Positions 1 to 12,917 of a stretch of DNA of 64,000 bases are shown here, one piece after another; position 1 is the stretch's first letter; each line of letters opens with the position of its first letter. This DNA is from an uncultured Burkholderiales bacterium. GTDB taxonomy: Bacteria > Pseudomonadota > Gammaproteobacteria > Burkholderiales > Usitatibacteraceae. The position numbers and the translations under genes were made by a program. The DNA is taken from positions 19,905 to 83,904 of the forward strand of contig CAYQKN010000001.1 in NCBI GenBank assembly GCA_964417885.1, read 5' to 3'. Under the pieces are notes generated by a model. That model had not been told where the DNA came from. It saw only the letters and a list, made by a program, of their open reading frames with translations, and did not search any database.

Positions 1-2768
<2,768 letters not shown>

Positions 2769-2810
2769 TGCGTGCCCAAGCTGGATATGCGCCTATTCTA
2801 AAGGGCGCGG

Positions 2811-3626
2811 CTATTTCTGGCAGGCCGGGCAGAAATAGGTCGACCGCTGGCCCTGGCGGATGACCCTGATTGTCTTTCCGCAGGCGACACAAGGCAAGCC
2901 GTCCCGGCCGTAAACACTGGCCTCGGACTGGAAGTAGCCGAGTTCGCCATCAGCCTGCACGTAGTCGCGCAGCGACGAGCCGCCGGCACGGATGGCGTTT
3001 TCAAGCGTCAGCCTGATGCTGGCTGCAAGCAGATCGCAACGTGCGCGCGAGATGGAGCCGGCCAGCCGCCGCGGGTGAATTCCCGCCATGAAAAGCGATT
3101 CGGATGCATAGATGTTGCCGACGCCGACCACGACCTGGCCGTTCATGATGAATTCCTTGATGCTGGTGCGACGGTTGCGCGATGCACGGTAGAGGTAGGC
3201 GCCGTCGAAATCACCCGACAGCGGTTCCGGGCCAAGCTTGTCCAGCAGCGGGTGTGCCAGCGAACGGCCCTCCAGCCACAGCATGGCGCCGAACCGGCGC
3301 GGATCGGTATAGCGGATCAGCAGTCCGCCGCCGAAAATGATGTCGACATGATCGTGACGTGCGGCCGCCTCGCCGGCACCGAGGATGCGCAGCGAGCCCG
3401 ACATGCCGAGGTGAGTGAGGATAAACCCGGACTGGCAATCCCAGAGCAGGTACTTGCCGCGACGCAGTACGTCGCAGACCAGGCGGCCGGCCAGGTGTTT
3501 TTCGAATGCACGCGGAATCGGCCAGCGCAACCCGCGATTGCGGACGACCACCTTCTCGATGCGAAGTCCGCGCACCTTGGGCAGCAGGCCGAGGCGGGTG
3601 GTCTCAACTTCAGGTAATTCGGGCAT
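2811..3626 (-). CDS. mutM: formamidopyrimidine-DNA glycosylase
   Basis: The internal start MPELPEVETTR gives the catalytic Pro2 N-terminus. The C-terminal zinc finger is CVACGKTIRVIRQGQRSTYFCPACQ. The track ORF begins 9 codons upstream. Confidence 0.95.
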   Translation of the reverse strand: MPELPEVETTRLGLLPKVRGLRIEKVVVRNRGLRWPIPRAFEKHLAGRLVCDVLRRGKYLLWDCQSGFILTHLGMSGSLRILGAGEAAARHDHVDIIFGGGLLIRYTDPRRFGAMLWLEGRSLAHPLLDKLGPEPLSGDFDGAYLYRASRNRRTSIKEFIMNGQVVVGVGNIYASESLFMAGIHPRRLAGSISRARCDLLAASIRLTLENAIRAGGSSLRDYVQADGELGYFQSEASVYGRDGLPCVACGKTIRVIRQGQRSTYFCPACQK

Positions 3627-3764
3627 ACGGCCAGTGTGGGAATCAACGGCCAATTGTAACGGTCAAAGCAGTCGTAACCAGAATTTGCTCATGACGGTCA
3701 TGTTTTAAGCGATTATGATGACTGCCCGCAAAAGTTTTCACGTCGAACACCAACCCGGAAAAAA

Positions 3765-5477
3765 ATGAAACCACGCAGATGTCTCCTTGGCCTGGCCGTG
3801 CTGTTGGCCGTGACCGCCCATCCCGTCCTTGCGGCAGCGCCGTCCAGCGCCAAGGCCGCGCCGGCGACCACGATGCTGCCTGATGCCGGCCTGACCAACC
3901 AGATCCTCTACCAGTATCTGATTTCCGAGATCGCCGGCCAGCGCGGGCGGACCTCGCTGGCGATGCGCGGTCTGCTCGACCTGGCGGAAAAGACCCGTGA
4001 TGCGCGAATTGCGCGGCGCGCGGTTGAAGTCGCCTTCCAGGCGCGCGAACTGGGCATGGCGCTTGAGGCGACCATCCTGTGGCTGGATCTCGAGCCGGCA
4101 TCGGTCATGGCGCGGCAGGCGCTGGCTGCACTTTCCGCCGGGCAAACGTCCATCGAGCAGGCGCGCCTGAGCCTGGCGCCGCTGCTTTCCCAGCCGGACC
4201 GCGCGCCACGTGTGCTGATGCAGCTGAATGCGCTGCTGGCGCGGTTTTCCGACAAAACGGCTGTTGCCGAGGCGGTCATTGCCCTGGCGGCGCCGTACCG
4301 TAACAAGCCGGAAGCCCATTTTGCAATTGCGCTCGCGCAGCTCAACGCCAGGGAACTGCCGGCGGCGCTGGCGGCGATCGATGGCGCCGAGCAGCGGCGG
4401 CCGGGATGGTCGCAGGCGGCAATTCTGAAATCACAGATTCTTCGCGAGCAGTCCGGCGACAAGGCGCGCGAATTCCTGGCCGCCTTTGTCGCCAGCAATC
4501 CGGAAGCCAACGAAGTGCGGGTCGCGCTCGCGCGGCAGCTGGTGGCTGAAAAGAACTATGCGGGCGCACGCGAGCAGTTTCGCGCGGCGATGAAATACGA
4601 TGCCGCGGATGCGGAGCTTCCCTATGCGGTCGGCTTGCTCGCGCAGCAGCTTGAAGATTTTGCCGATGCGGAGGTGCAGTTCAAGCGGGTGATGGAACTG
4701 GCGCCGAAGGACACCAACCCGGTACGTTTCAACCTGGGCGCGGTGGCGGAAGCGCAGAAGCGCGCCGATGACGCGCTGGCCTGGTATCGCACGGTAACGC
4801 CGGGCGAGTATTACGTCGGCGCCCAGCTGAAGAGTGCCGGCATTCTCTCCAGGCGCGATGGCATGGCCAAGGGCCGCAAGTTCCTGCAGGACGCGCAGGC
4901 CGCGGCGGCAGACACGCCGGAAACCCAGGTTCAGCTGGTGCTGGCGGAGGCGCAGTTGCTGCGCGATGCGAAGTCGCACGGCGAGGCATTTGCCATGCTG
5001 TCGGCGGCCGTTGCGGCGCGTCCTGACACAGCGGACCTGCTGTATGACCGCGCGATGGTGGCGGAGAAGGTCAACAAGCTTGACGTGATGGAGGCCGACT
5101 TGCGGCGCGTGATCGAATTGAAGCCCGACCACGCGCATGCCTACAATGCGCTGGGCTATACCTTTGCAGACCGCAATATCCGGCTGGAGGAGGCGCTGGA
5201 GCTGGTACAGAAGGCGGTAAAGCTGGCGCCGGCGGATGCCTTCATCCAGGACAGCCTGGGCTGGGTGCAGTTCCGGCTCGGTCGATTGGACGATGCGTAC
5301 CGCACCCTGACGGCCGCCTATGCGGCCAAGCGCGATCCGGAAATTGCCGCGCACCTGGGTGAGATCCTGTGGGCGCGCGGCGCGCGTGATGAAGCGCTCA
5401 AGCTATGGCGAGAAGCGGCCGCGGAAAGCCCGGAAAACGAGGCGCTGACGACGGTATTGCGAAAATACCAGCCGTGA
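3765..5477 (+). CDS. secreted/periplasmic tetratricopeptide-repeat protein
   Basis: 570 aa with signal peptide MKPRRCLLGLAVLLAVTAHPVLAAA and Ala/Leu-rich TPR-like repeats throughout. It sits in the conserved position upstream of lolB-ispE. Confidence 0.8.
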   Translation: MKPRRCLLGLAVLLAVTAHPVLAAAPSSAKAAPATTMLPDAGLTNQILYQYLISEIAGQRGRTSLAMRGLLDLAEKTRDARIARRAVEVAFQARELGMALEATILWLDLEPASVMARQALAALSAGQTSIEQARLSLAPLLSQPDRAPRVLMQLNALLARFSDKTAVAEAVIALAAPYRNKPEAHFAIALAQLNARELPAALAAIDGAEQRRPGWSQAAILKSQILREQSGDKAREFLAAFVASNPEANEVRVALARQLVAEKNYAGAREQFRAAMKYDAADAELPYAVGLLAQQLEDFADAEVQFKRVMELAPKDTNPVRFNLGAVAEAQKRADDALAWYRTVTPGEYYVGAQLKSAGILSRRDGMAKGRKFLQDAQAAAADTPETQVQLVLAEAQLLRDAKSHGEAFAMLSAAVAARPDTADLLYDRAMVAEKVNKLDVMEADLRRVIELKPDHAHAYNALGYTFADRNIRLEEALELVQKAVKLAPADAFIQDSLGWVQFRLGRLDDAYRTLTAAYAAKRDPEIAAHLGEILWARGARDEALKLWREAAAESPENEALTTVLRKYQP

Positions 5478-5500
5478 ACAAGGGCCGGTTTGTCGCGCGC

Positions 5501-6088
5501 ATGCTGCACGGTTGCGCTCGCCAGGCGAGGGCCTCCTGTGCGCTGGTTATGCTGGCGATGCTTGCCGGCGGGCTCGCGGGCTGCGCACAGGTGACATTGC
5601 CGGCGGGCGACCCCGGCCCGGCATTGGTGTCGGCAACCCCTGCCCGATACTTCGTCTTGAACGGCAGGATCAGCGTGCGAGTCGGGCAGCAACTCGAGTC
5701 CGGCCAGATATCCTGGTCCCGGCTGCCCGGGGAAGAGCGGCTGGGCCTGTTTACGCCGCTGGGCAGCCAGGTCGCGGAGATCGTCAGCGACCGGTCGGGC
5801 GTTGTCCTGCGCCGGGGAGAGGAGACGGTGACAGCGCGGTCAATGGGCGAGCTGACCGCCGAGGTGCTGGGCGTGCCACTGGACCTCGACGTGACTGCCG
5901 CCTGGAGCCAGGGTGTCGGGCTGGTGGACGGCGAGATGCGCGTGATGCAAATGGCCGGTGGCGAGGCGTGGCAAGTTACGGCGGAACGCTTCCAGCAAAG
6001 CGCTGGGTTTCGTTACGCCGCGCGCGTGACGGCTTCGCGCGGCGACACAGTGGTCAAGCTGGTGGTGGACGAATGGCAGGCGCGCTGA
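5501..6088 (+). CDS. lolB: outer-membrane lipoprotein insertion receptor LolB
   Basis: Lipobox MLAMLAGGLAGC, a size of about 195-204 aa and a position directly upstream of ispE. The start is uncertain: ATG 5501 or GTG 5474, the latter overlapping the TPR gene stop. Confidence 0.72.
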   Translation: MLHGCARQARASCALVMLAMLAGGLAGCAQVTLPAGDPGPALVSATPARYFVLNGRISVRVGQQLESGQISWSRLPGEERLGLFTPLGSQVAEIVSDRSGVVLRRGEETVTARSMGELTAEVLGVPLDLDVTAAWSQGVGLVDGEMRVMQMAGGEAWQVTAERFQQSAGFRYAARVTASRGDTVVKLVVDEWQAR

Positions 6089-6933
6089 CGCTTGCGGTCG
6101 AGGCGCCCGCCAAACTGAACCTGTTCCTGCATGTGCTGGGGCGGCGCGACGACGGCTACCATTTGCTGCAGAGCGCGTTTGTCCTGCTCGATTTCTGCGA
6201 TTCTTTGGGCTTTACGCTGCGCACCGATGGCAAGATTAGGCGGGTCACTGACCTGGCCGGCGTCGATGAACAGGATGACCTGGTGGTGCGCGCCGCGCGC
6301 CGGCTGCAATCGGCGGGCGGAACGACGCTGGGAGCGGACATTTCGCTGCACAAGCGGATCCCCATGGGCGGCGGGCTTGGTGGCGGCAGTTCAGACGCCG
6401 CCTCGACGCTGTTGGCACTGAATCGGCTGTGGGGCCTGAACCTTCCGCGGGCAGAACTGCAGAAGATCGGCATGGCGCTGGGGGCGGACGTGCCGTTTTT
6501 CATTTTTGGCCGCAGCGCCTGGGCGGAGGGTATCGGTGAACGACTGGCCGCGATCGATGTGCCGGCGTGGTGGTACACGGTAATTTGTCCCCCGGTGGCG
6601 GTGCCGACTCCGCTGGTATTCCAGCATCCGGCATTGACAAGAAACACGATTCCTCGCAAAATAGCGGACTTTTCGGCGACTAGTTTGGTGGAATTGCGTA
6701 ATGACCTCCAAACAGTTGTTTTGAAACAATTTCCGGTGGTTGCAGCGAGTTTCTCCGCGTTGCAGGCGGCGAGCCAAAAGTCCGTTTTTGGCGCCCGCAT
6801 GACCGGGTCCGGGGCGTGTGTGTTTGCCGCTTTCGAATCCGAGCAGGATGCCAGGGATGCGTTCAAGCAGCTTCAGCCGGAATACCCGGGATTTGTTGCA
6901 CAGGGACTATTGAAGCATCCCCTCTGCGACTGA
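6073..6933 (+). CDS. ispE: 4-diphosphocytidyl-2-C-methyl-D-erythritol kinase
   Basis: Begins MAGALTLAVEAPAKLNLFLHVLGRRDDGYH and carries the GHMP kinase motif PMGGGLGGGSSDAAS. The track ORF 5512-6933 has a spurious N-terminal extension across lolB. Confidence 0.93.
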   Translation: MAGALTLAVEAPAKLNLFLHVLGRRDDGYHLLQSAFVLLDFCDSLGFTLRTDGKIRRVTDLAGVDEQDDLVVRAARRLQSAGGTTLGADISLHKRIPMGGGLGGGSSDAASTLLALNRLWGLNLPRAELQKIGMALGADVPFFIFGRSAWAEGIGERLAAIDVPAWWYTVICPPVAVPTPLVFQHPALTRNTIPRKIADFSATSLVELRNDLQTVVLKQFPVVAASFSALQAASQKSVFGARMTGSGACVFAAFESEQDARDAFKQLQPEYPGFVAQGLLKHPLCD

Positions 6934-6939
6934 CGATTT

Positions 6940-7014
6940 TGGGGAGTCGCCAAGTGGTAAGGCACCGGATTTTGATTCCGGCATTCGTAGGTTCGATCCC
7001 TACCTCCCCAGCCA
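6940..7014 (+). tRNA. tRNA-Gln (anticodon TTG)
   Basis: Cloverleaf read by eye: acceptor TGGGGAG/CTCCCCA, anticodon stem CCGGA/TCCGG with loop TTTTGAT, T-arm GTAGG TTCGATC CCTAC, and an encoded CCA. Confidence 0.9.
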
Positions 7015-7106
7015 GAACACGTGGCGCTGCCGTGGCCGGCAACATGGTCCGGTCGTGGTGGCCCGCGTAGTGACCTTTGTTCCAACCGTGAGGATGAGGC
7101 ACTAGC

Positions 7107-8057
7107 ATGGCATTTGATAATTTGAGCATTTTCACCGGCAGTGCCAGCCCGAAGCTTGCCAAGGAAGTCGCGCGGCAGATGGGTACGCAACTGGGCCGTG
7201 CCAAGGTTGGCAAGTTCAGCGACGGCGAAGTCATGGTCGAGATCATGGAAAACGTCCGCGGCAAGGACGTTTTCATCCTGCAATCGACCTGCGCGCCGAC
7301 CAATGATCACCTGATGGAGATCATGGTGATGGCGGATGCGCTGAAACGCTCGTCGGCTGCACGGATTACCGCCGCGATGCCGTATTTCGGCTATGCGCGG
7401 CAGGACCGCCGGCCGCGCTCGGCGCGGGTGGCGATTACCGCCAAGGTGGTGGCCAACATGCTGGTTGGCGTAGGTGTGGATCGGGTGCTGACGATGGACT
7501 TGCACGCCGACCAGATCCAGGGGTTTTTTGACATCCCGGTCGACAACATCTATGCCACGCCGATTTTGCTGGGTGACGTGTGGAAGCACGATTACCCGGA
7601 GTTGATTGTGGTCTCGCCGGACGTCGGCGGGGTGGTACGGGCGAGGGCGATCGCCAAGCAGCTGGATGCGGAGCTGGCGATTATCGACAAACGCCGGCCG
7701 CGCGCCAATGTGTCCCAGGTGATGAATATCATCGGTGACGTGGAGGGTCGCTCCTGCGTGATCATGGACGACATCGTCGACACCGCGGGCACGCTGACCG
7801 AGGCCGCGAAAGCGCTGAAAGGCCACGGGGCCGCCAGGGTGATCGCGTACTGTACCCACCCGGTGCTGTCGGGCCCGGCCATCGAACGCATCGAGAATTC
7901 GGTGATCGACGAACTGGTGGTGACCGATACCATCCCGTTGAAGCCGGAAGCGCAGGCATGCAGGAAAATCCGCCAGATCGGCACGGCGGAGCTGATCGCC
8001 GAAACCATCCGGCGGATCGCGGAGGGCAGCTCGGTAAGCTCGCTGTTCACGGAATAG
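7107..8057 (+). CDS. prs: ribose-phosphate pyrophosphokinase
   Basis: 316 aa with [29 protein letters not shown] and the PRPP-binding loop [13 protein letters not shown]. Confidence 0.97.
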   Translation: MAFDNLSIFTGSASPKLAKEVARQMGTQLGRAKVGKFSDGEVMVEIMENVRGKDVFILQSTCAPTNDHLMEIMVMADALKRSSAARITAAMPYFGYARQDRRPRSARVAITAKVVANMLVGVGVDRVLTMDLHADQIQGFFDIPVDNIYATPILLGDVWKHDYPELIVVSPDVGGVVRARAIAKQLDAELAIIDKRRPRANVSQVMNIIGDVEGRSCVIMDDIVDTAGTLTEAAKALKGHGAARVIAYCTHPVLSGPAIERIENSVIDELVVTDTIPLKPEAQACRKIRQIGTAELIAETIRRIAEGSSVSSLFTE

Positions 8058-8064
8058 TTTTTTT

Positions 8065-8091
8065 GCGGGTCGGCAGTTCGATCCGCATTTT
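8065..8091 (+). terminator. candidate intrinsic terminator after prs
   Basis: GCGGGTCG-gcagtt-CGATCCGC (one G-T pair) followed by ATTTT. Confidence 0.4.
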
Positions 8092-8169
8092 GAGGAATCA
8101 TCTGGTCGCGGATGGTTCATAACCGCAGCGTCCCGGCCTGGCCAGGGCGCCGCACATTTGGAGCAGATC

Positions 8170-8859
8170 ATGAAAATCACAATCAAAGCAGAAGTGCGCA
8201 AAGGACAGGGTACGGGTGCGAGCCGCCGCCTGCGTCGCGCAGACAAGGTGCCGGGCATCGTTTACGGTGGCGGCAAGGATGCCACCGTGATCGAACTCGA
8301 TCACAATGACATCTACCACAAGCTGAAACTGGAAGCGTTTCACGCCTCGATTCTCGACATGAGCCTCGATGGCAAGAGCGAGCAGGTGTTGCTGCGCGAC
8401 GTGCAGATGCACGCGTGGAAGCAGAACGTCCTGCATGTCGACTTCCAGCGCATCGCGGCGGACAAGAAGATCCACATGAAAGTGCCGTTGCACTTCGTCA
8501 ATGCCGATATCGCCCCGGGCGTGAAAGTTTCCGGCGGCATGGTATCGCACATCATCAACGAACTCGATGTTGCCTGCCTGCCGAAAGACTTGCCGGAATT
8601 CGTCGAAGTCGACCTGAAGGATCTTGCCGCGGGGCACTCGATCCACATTTCGAACCTGAAAATGCCGGCCGGTGTGGAATCGGTTGCGCTGAACAAGGGT
8701 GACGACCGTTCAGTCGCCACCATCATCATCCCGCGTGCGGTAGCGGCGGAAGAGGAAGCGGTGGCAGCGGTGTCGGCCGCCGATGTTCCGGCAGCAAACC
8801 AGAAGGCGAAGGACGAGGAGAAGAAAGACGACAAGGCTGCGGGCAAGGACAAAAAATAA
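8170..8859 (+). CDS. rplY: 50S ribosomal protein L25 / general stress protein Ctc (long form)
   Basis: [23 protein letters not shown]... and a C-terminal Ala/Glu/Lys-rich tail. GGAG lies 6 nt upstream of ATG 8170; the track start 8158 is a TTG. Confidence 0.9.
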   Translation: MKITIKAEVRKGQGTGASRRLRRADKVPGIVYGGGKDATVIELDHNDIYHKLKLEAFHASILDMSLDGKSEQVLLRDVQMHAWKQNVLHVDFQRIAADKKIHMKVPLHFVNADIAPGVKVSGGMVSHIINELDVACLPKDLPEFVEVDLKDLAAGHSIHISNLKMPAGVESVALNKGDDRSVATIIIPRAVAAEEEAVAAVSAADVPAANQKAKDEEKKDDKAAGKDKK

Positions 8860-8886
8860 TCCGTGCCGTTGTTGCGTAGCACACTC

Positions 8887-8919
8887 AAATGCCTGCTCGA
8901 ATTCCGGGCAGGCATTTTT
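8887..8919 (+). terminator. intrinsic terminator after rplY
   Basis: AAATGCCTGC-11 nt-GCAGGCATTT followed by a T-run. Confidence 0.6.
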
Positions 8920-9025
8920 CATTCAGTGAGGCGACAAAAGTGAAATTGCGCTCCCTGTCGAATCTTGTAGCGGGTGCATCGGCGGCATAGCCGCGCGATT
9001 TGCCGAAAGTGCAGAACCGAAAATC

Positions 9026-9655
9026 GTGTCGTCGCCAATCAAACTTGTTGTCGGCCTTGGCAATCCTGGCCGCGAATATGAAAGAACGCGTCACAACGCC
9101 GGTTTCTGGTGGCTGGACGACCTGGCGCGCGACCTTGGCGCGTCGTTCGGCAAGGAGTCGAAGTTTCACGGCGAGGTCGCGAGGGCTGGCAACGTCTGGC
9201 TGTTGAAGCCGCTCACGTTCATGAACCGCTCGGGACAGTCGGTTGGTGCCCTGGCCAAGTTCTACCAGATCGCGCCGGAAGAAATCCTGGTCGCGCACGA
9301 CGAAATGGACCTGCCGCCGGGCGGGCTGAAAATGAAGACTGGCGGCGCCGCCGGCAGCAACGGCGTCAAGGATATCGTGTCGCATCTCGGCACCCGCGAC
9401 TTCTGGCGCATGCGCATCGGCATCGGTCACCCGCGCGAAATGGCCGCCAGGCTGGGCGGCGACATGTCGCGCGATGAAGTGGTCGACTATGTGCTGCACC
9501 GGCCGGACAAGGGCGACGAACGGGCGATCGAAGATGCGTTGCGCCGGGCGACCGAGTTGTGGCCGCTGATTGCCAAGGGCGACATGGAAACCGCCATGCT
9601 CAGATTGCATACCAAACCCGCCAAGGCGGAACCAGACAGGAAAGAACCGAAATGA
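9026..9655 (+). CDS. pth: peptidyl-tRNA hydrolase
   Basis: GTG start. [23 protein letters not shown] is a canonical Pth N-terminus. Confidence 0.95.
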   Translation: MSSPIKLVVGLGNPGREYERTRHNAGFWWLDDLARDLGASFGKESKFHGEVARAGNVWLLKPLTFMNRSGQSVGALAKFYQIAPEEILVAHDEMDLPPGGLKMKTGGAAGSNGVKDIVSHLGTRDFWRMRIGIGHPREMAARLGGDMSRDEVVDYVLHRPDKGDERAIEDALRRATELWPLIAKGDMETAMLRLHTKPAKAEPDRKEPK

Positions 9656-10737
9656 AGTGTGGAATCGTAGGGCTGCCAAACGTCGGAAAATCGACAACTT
9701 TCAACGCCCTGACCAAGGCAGGCATCGCGGCGGAGAATTACCCGTTCTGCACCATCGAGCCGAATATCGGCGTTGTCGAGGTGCCGGATCCGCGCCTGAA
9801 GCAGCTGTCGGGGCTGGTCAAGCCATTGAAGGAAATACCGGCGATCGTCGAATTCGTCGACATTGCCGGGCTGGTTGCCGGCGCGTCGAAGGGCGAGGGA
9901 CTAGGCAACCAGTTTCTGGCGACCATTCGCGAAACCGATGCAATTGCCCATGTCGTTCGCTGCTTTGACGATCCGAACGTCATCCACGTTGCCGGCAAGG
10001 TCGACCCGCTGTCCGATATCGGCGTGATCGATACCGAACTGGCGCTGGCCGACATGGCCTCGGTGGAGAAGGCGCTGCACAAAGCGCAGAAGAATTCGCG
10101 TGCCGGCGACAAGGATGCGATCAAGTTGGCCGCCCTGCTCGAGCCGATGATGAAACACCTGAACAATGGCGAACCGGTGCGCAGCATGGGCTTCGATGCC
10201 GACCAGATGGCGCTGATCAAGCCGCTGTCGCTGATCACCGCCAAGCCGGTACTGTATGTGGCCAACGTGGTTGAGGGCGGCTTCGAAAACAATCCCCTGC
10301 TCGACGCGGTGAAAGCGCACGCAGCCAAGGAGGGCGCGCCGGTGGTGGCAATTTGCGCCAAGATCGAAGCGGAAATTGCCGACCTGTCGGATGAAGACAA
10401 AAAGGTGTTTCTCGACGACATCGGCATGACCGAACCGGGCCTCGACCGCCTGATTCGCGCCGCCTACACCCTGCTGGGCCTGGAGACCTACTTCACCGCC
10501 GGCGAAAAGGAAGTCCGCGCCTGGACCATTCACAAGGGCTCCACCGCGCCCCAGGCCGCCGGTGTCATCCATACCGACTTCGAAAAAGGCTTCATCCGCG
10601 CCGAGGTGATCGGGTTCAACGACTACGTCAAACTGGGCGGCGAAGCGAAATCAAAAGAAGCCGGCAAGATGCGTCTGGAAGGCAAGGAGTACATCGTCAA
10701 GGACGGCGACGTGATGCACTTCCGCTTCAACGTCTAG
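9652..10737 (+). CDS. ychF: redox-regulated ribosome-binding ATPase YchF
   Basis: [21 protein letters not shown]-loop and a TGS-like C-terminus ...[15 protein letters not shown] overlap with the pth stop. The track ORF has a spurious N-terminal extension. Confidence 0.97.
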   Translation: MKCGIVGLPNVGKSTTFNALTKAGIAAENYPFCTIEPNIGVVEVPDPRLKQLSGLVKPLKEIPAIVEFVDIAGLVAGASKGEGLGNQFLATIRETDAIAHVVRCFDDPNVIHVAGKVDPLSDIGVIDTELALADMASVEKALHKAQKNSRAGDKDAIKLAALLEPMMKHLNNGEPVRSMGFDADQMALIKPLSLITAKPVLYVANVVEGGFENNPLLDAVKAHAAKEGAPVVAICAKIEAEIADLSDEDKKVFLDDIGMTEPGLDRLIRAAYTLLGLETYFTAGEKEVRAWTIHKGSTAPQAAGVIHTDFEKGFIRAEVIGFNDYVKLGGEAKSKEAGKMRLEGKEYIVKDGDVMHFRFNV

Positions 10738-10751
10738 GCAATTCCGAAATG

Positions 10752-10817
10752 AAGATCGCCATTTGGTGCCGGTTTCCAGCCATTTTCAGGCTGGAAGCGG
10801 CGCCAGTGCTGGAGTTT
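10752..10817 (+). repeat. palindromic extragenic repeat, copy A (degenerate left arm)
   Basis: Right arm GGCGCCAGTGCTGGAGTTT is shared with the copies at 17413, 31370 and 38264. Inner perfect stem TTCCAGCC-attttca-GGCTGGAA. Lies between the convergent ychF and kup stops. Confidence 0.6.
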
Positions 10818-10822
10818 GCTCG

Positions 10823-12694
10823 CTAGATCTCGACTTGGGTGCCCAGTTCGACCACGCGATTGCTGGGAATGCGGAAGTAGTCGGATGCCTTTGCCGCCAG
10901 GTGCGACATCCAGACGAACAGGTGTTCGCGCCACAGCGCCATGCCGCCGCCGGGGGTTGCGATCAGCGATTCGCGGTTGACGAAGAAGCTGGTCTCCATC
11001 ATGTCGAACTCCATGTGCTGCAGCCTGCAGTCGGCCAGCATGGCCGGGATGTTCGGCGTTTCCTTGAATCCGTAATGGGCGATGATGCGGTAGAAACCGT
11101 GGCCCATGTTTTCGATCCAGATGTAGTCTTCCTTCGGCACCCGCGGGATGTCCTCGATCGTGATCGACAGTACCACCACCCTGCCGTGCAGCACCTTGTT
11201 GTGCTTCAGGTTGTGCAGCAGGGCGTTGGGCACGCCCTCGCGGCTGGTGGTCATGAAGATCCCGGTGCCGGGCACCTTGGGGGTGTCGGACAGCGCCATC
11301 GAGTCGACGAACATCTTCAGCGGCAGCGCATCCTCGTTCATCCGCCGGCGAACAATTTCGCGGCCGGTGCGCCAGGTGCTCATTACTGTGTACATCGCCG
11401 CGCCGATCACCAGCGGGAACCAGCCGCCGTCGGCGATCTTGGTGAGGCAGGCCGACAGGAACATCACGTCGTTGCCGATGATGATCAGGGTCAGCGCGGC
11501 CGACAGGGTCACGTTCCAGCGCCAGATTCGTGTCATCACCACGAACAGCAAAAGCGTGTCGATCAGCATTGTGATGGTGACCGCAATACCGTAGGCGCTG
11601 GCCAGATTGCTCGAGTTCTTGAAGCCGAGCACCAGCAGCACGATCGAGATCAGCATGAACCAGTTGACGAAAGGCACATAGATCTGGCCCATCTCCTTTT
11701 CGCTGGTGTGGCTGATGGCGAAGCGTGGCAGGTAACCGAGCTGTATCGCCTGCTTGGTCAAACTGAAAGCCCCCGATATCACGGCCTGTGACGCGATGAC
11801 CGTCGCGGCGGATGCCAGGATGATCAGCGGCAGCAGCGCCCAGCCGGGTGCCATCAGGTAGAACGGATTCTTGATCGCAGCGGGGTTCGCCAGCAGCAAT
11901 GCGCCCTGGCCGAAGTAATTGATCAGCAGGGCCGGCCAGACCAGGCTGAACCACGCGAACCGGATCGGTCGCTTGCCGAAATGGCCCATGTCCGCGTAGA
12001 GCGCTTCGCCACCGGTAACGCACAACACCACCGCCCCAAGCGTAATGAACGCGGCAAACCGGTGTTCAAGCAGAAAATAGAAGCTGTGGTACGGGTTGAT
12101 GGCCGCCAGGACCGCCGGATTCTGTACCACCTGCACCACGCCGAGCAACGCCAGCACCGAAAACCACAGCACCATGGTCGGGCCAAAGAAACGGCCGATG
12201 GCCGCGGTGCCGTGTTTCTGGATGGCGAACAACCCGACCAGGATGCCGATGACAATCGGCAGCACGAATTTTTCCAGCATCGGCGCATACAGGGTCAGGC
12301 CTTCCACCGCCGACATGACCGACATCGCCGGGGTAATGATGGCGTCACCATAAAACATGGCTGCGCCGAACATGCCGAGGGAAGTGACGATCCAGCGGCC
12401 ACGCGAGCGGTTGCGGAAACAGCGCTGCGCGAGTGCCGTCAGCGAAAGAATGCCCCCCTCGCCCCGGTTGTCTGCCCGCATCATGAACACGAGGTACTTC
12501 ACCGTCACCAGCGTGACCAGCGACCAGAACATCAGCGACAGGATGCCGAGAACGGTCGACTCGTTGAGCGGAATGCCGTGCGCCGGATTGAACGACTCCT
12601 TGATCGCATACAGCGGACTGGTGCCGATGTCGCCAAACACCACGCCAATAGCGGCGATGGTCAGGGCACCAATTTTCTTGTTCGGGGTTTCCAT
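10823..12694 (-). CDS. kup: KUP/HAK/KT family potassium transporter
   Basis: 623 aa with N-terminal GVVFGDIGTSPLYAIKESF, followed by about 12 hydrophobic segments and a cytoplasmic C-terminal domain. Confidence 0.95.
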   Translation of the reverse strand: METPNKKIGALTIAAIGVVFGDIGTSPLYAIKESFNPAHGIPLNESTVLGILSLMFWSLVTLVTVKYLVFMMRADNRGEGGILSLTALAQRCFRNRSRGRWIVTSLGMFGAAMFYGDAIITPAMSVMSAVEGLTLYAPMLEKFVLPIVIGILVGLFAIQKHGTAAIGRFFGPTMVLWFSVLALLGVVQVVQNPAVLAAINPYHSFYFLLEHRFAAFITLGAVVLCVTGGEALYADMGHFGKRPIRFAWFSLVWPALLINYFGQGALLLANPAAIKNPFYLMAPGWALLPLIILASAATVIASQAVISGAFSLTKQAIQLGYLPRFAISHTSEKEMGQIYVPFVNWFMLISIVLLVLGFKNSSNLASAYGIAVTITMLIDTLLLFVVMTRIWRWNVTLSAALTLIIIGNDVMFLSACLTKIADGGWFPLVIGAAMYTVMSTWRTGREIVRRRMNEDALPLKMFVDSMALSDTPKVPGTGIFMTTSREGVPNALLHNLKHNKVLHGRVVVLSITIEDIPRVPKEDYIWIENMGHGFYRIIAHYGFKETPNIPAMLADCRLQHMEFDMMETSFFVNRESLIATPGGGMALWREHLFVWMSHLAAKASDYFRIPSNRVVELGTQVEI

Positions 12695-12917
12695 TTGGGG
12701 AGATTGCCGCTTTCAGTGCGCTAGATCAGGCGCAGCTTCAGTCGTCGCGGGGAGCGTAGTCGGCAGTAAGAAAGGTTCTGATTCGCGAATGGCGTGGCGG
12801 CAAAGATCACGGTTTTCGGCGGCTCGGAAACACCACCGGAATGAGTTGGCGCGAAGCATAAACCTATTTTTGTTGCGGTGCAATGTAGCGCCGGAAAGGT
12901 TGGCTATGCGATTGTTT

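Noticed and set aside
3689-3701. Short palindrome CATGAC-g-GTCATG in the mutM/TPR divergent region.
   Set aside because: Arms of 6 bp are expected by chance in 64 kb, and nothing in the context supports a function.
5512-6072. N-terminal extension of the 473-aa track ORF 5512-6933 (+), upstream of ispE.
   Set aside because: IspE homology starts at MAGALTLAVEAPAKLNLFLHV (6073). The extension is an Arg/Gly/Ala-rich alternative frame of lolB, typical of high-GC shadow frames.
6873-8258. 461-aa ORF on the minus strand.
   Set aside because: It is antisense to prs and runs across the tRNA-Gln gene. It is Arg-rich and low-complexity. prs on the + strand is certain.
10734-12023. 429-aa ORF on the minus strand in an alternative frame of kup. 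The + strand ORFs 10763-11791 and 11981-12724 fall in the same category.
   Set aside because: They overlap the kup coding sequence. kup has the canonical GDIGTSPLY N-terminus and a full-length transporter architecture, while the alternatives are Arg/Pro/His/Gly-rich.
12695-12917. 223-bp region upstream of kup, examined for a riboswitch (for example cyclic-di-AMP or K+-related) or an sRNA.
   Set aside because: Only weak, short stems are visible (for example GGTGC-aatgta-GCGCC). There is no conserved-looking multi-stem architecture that I can recognise, and the evidence is insufficient without covariance-model searches.
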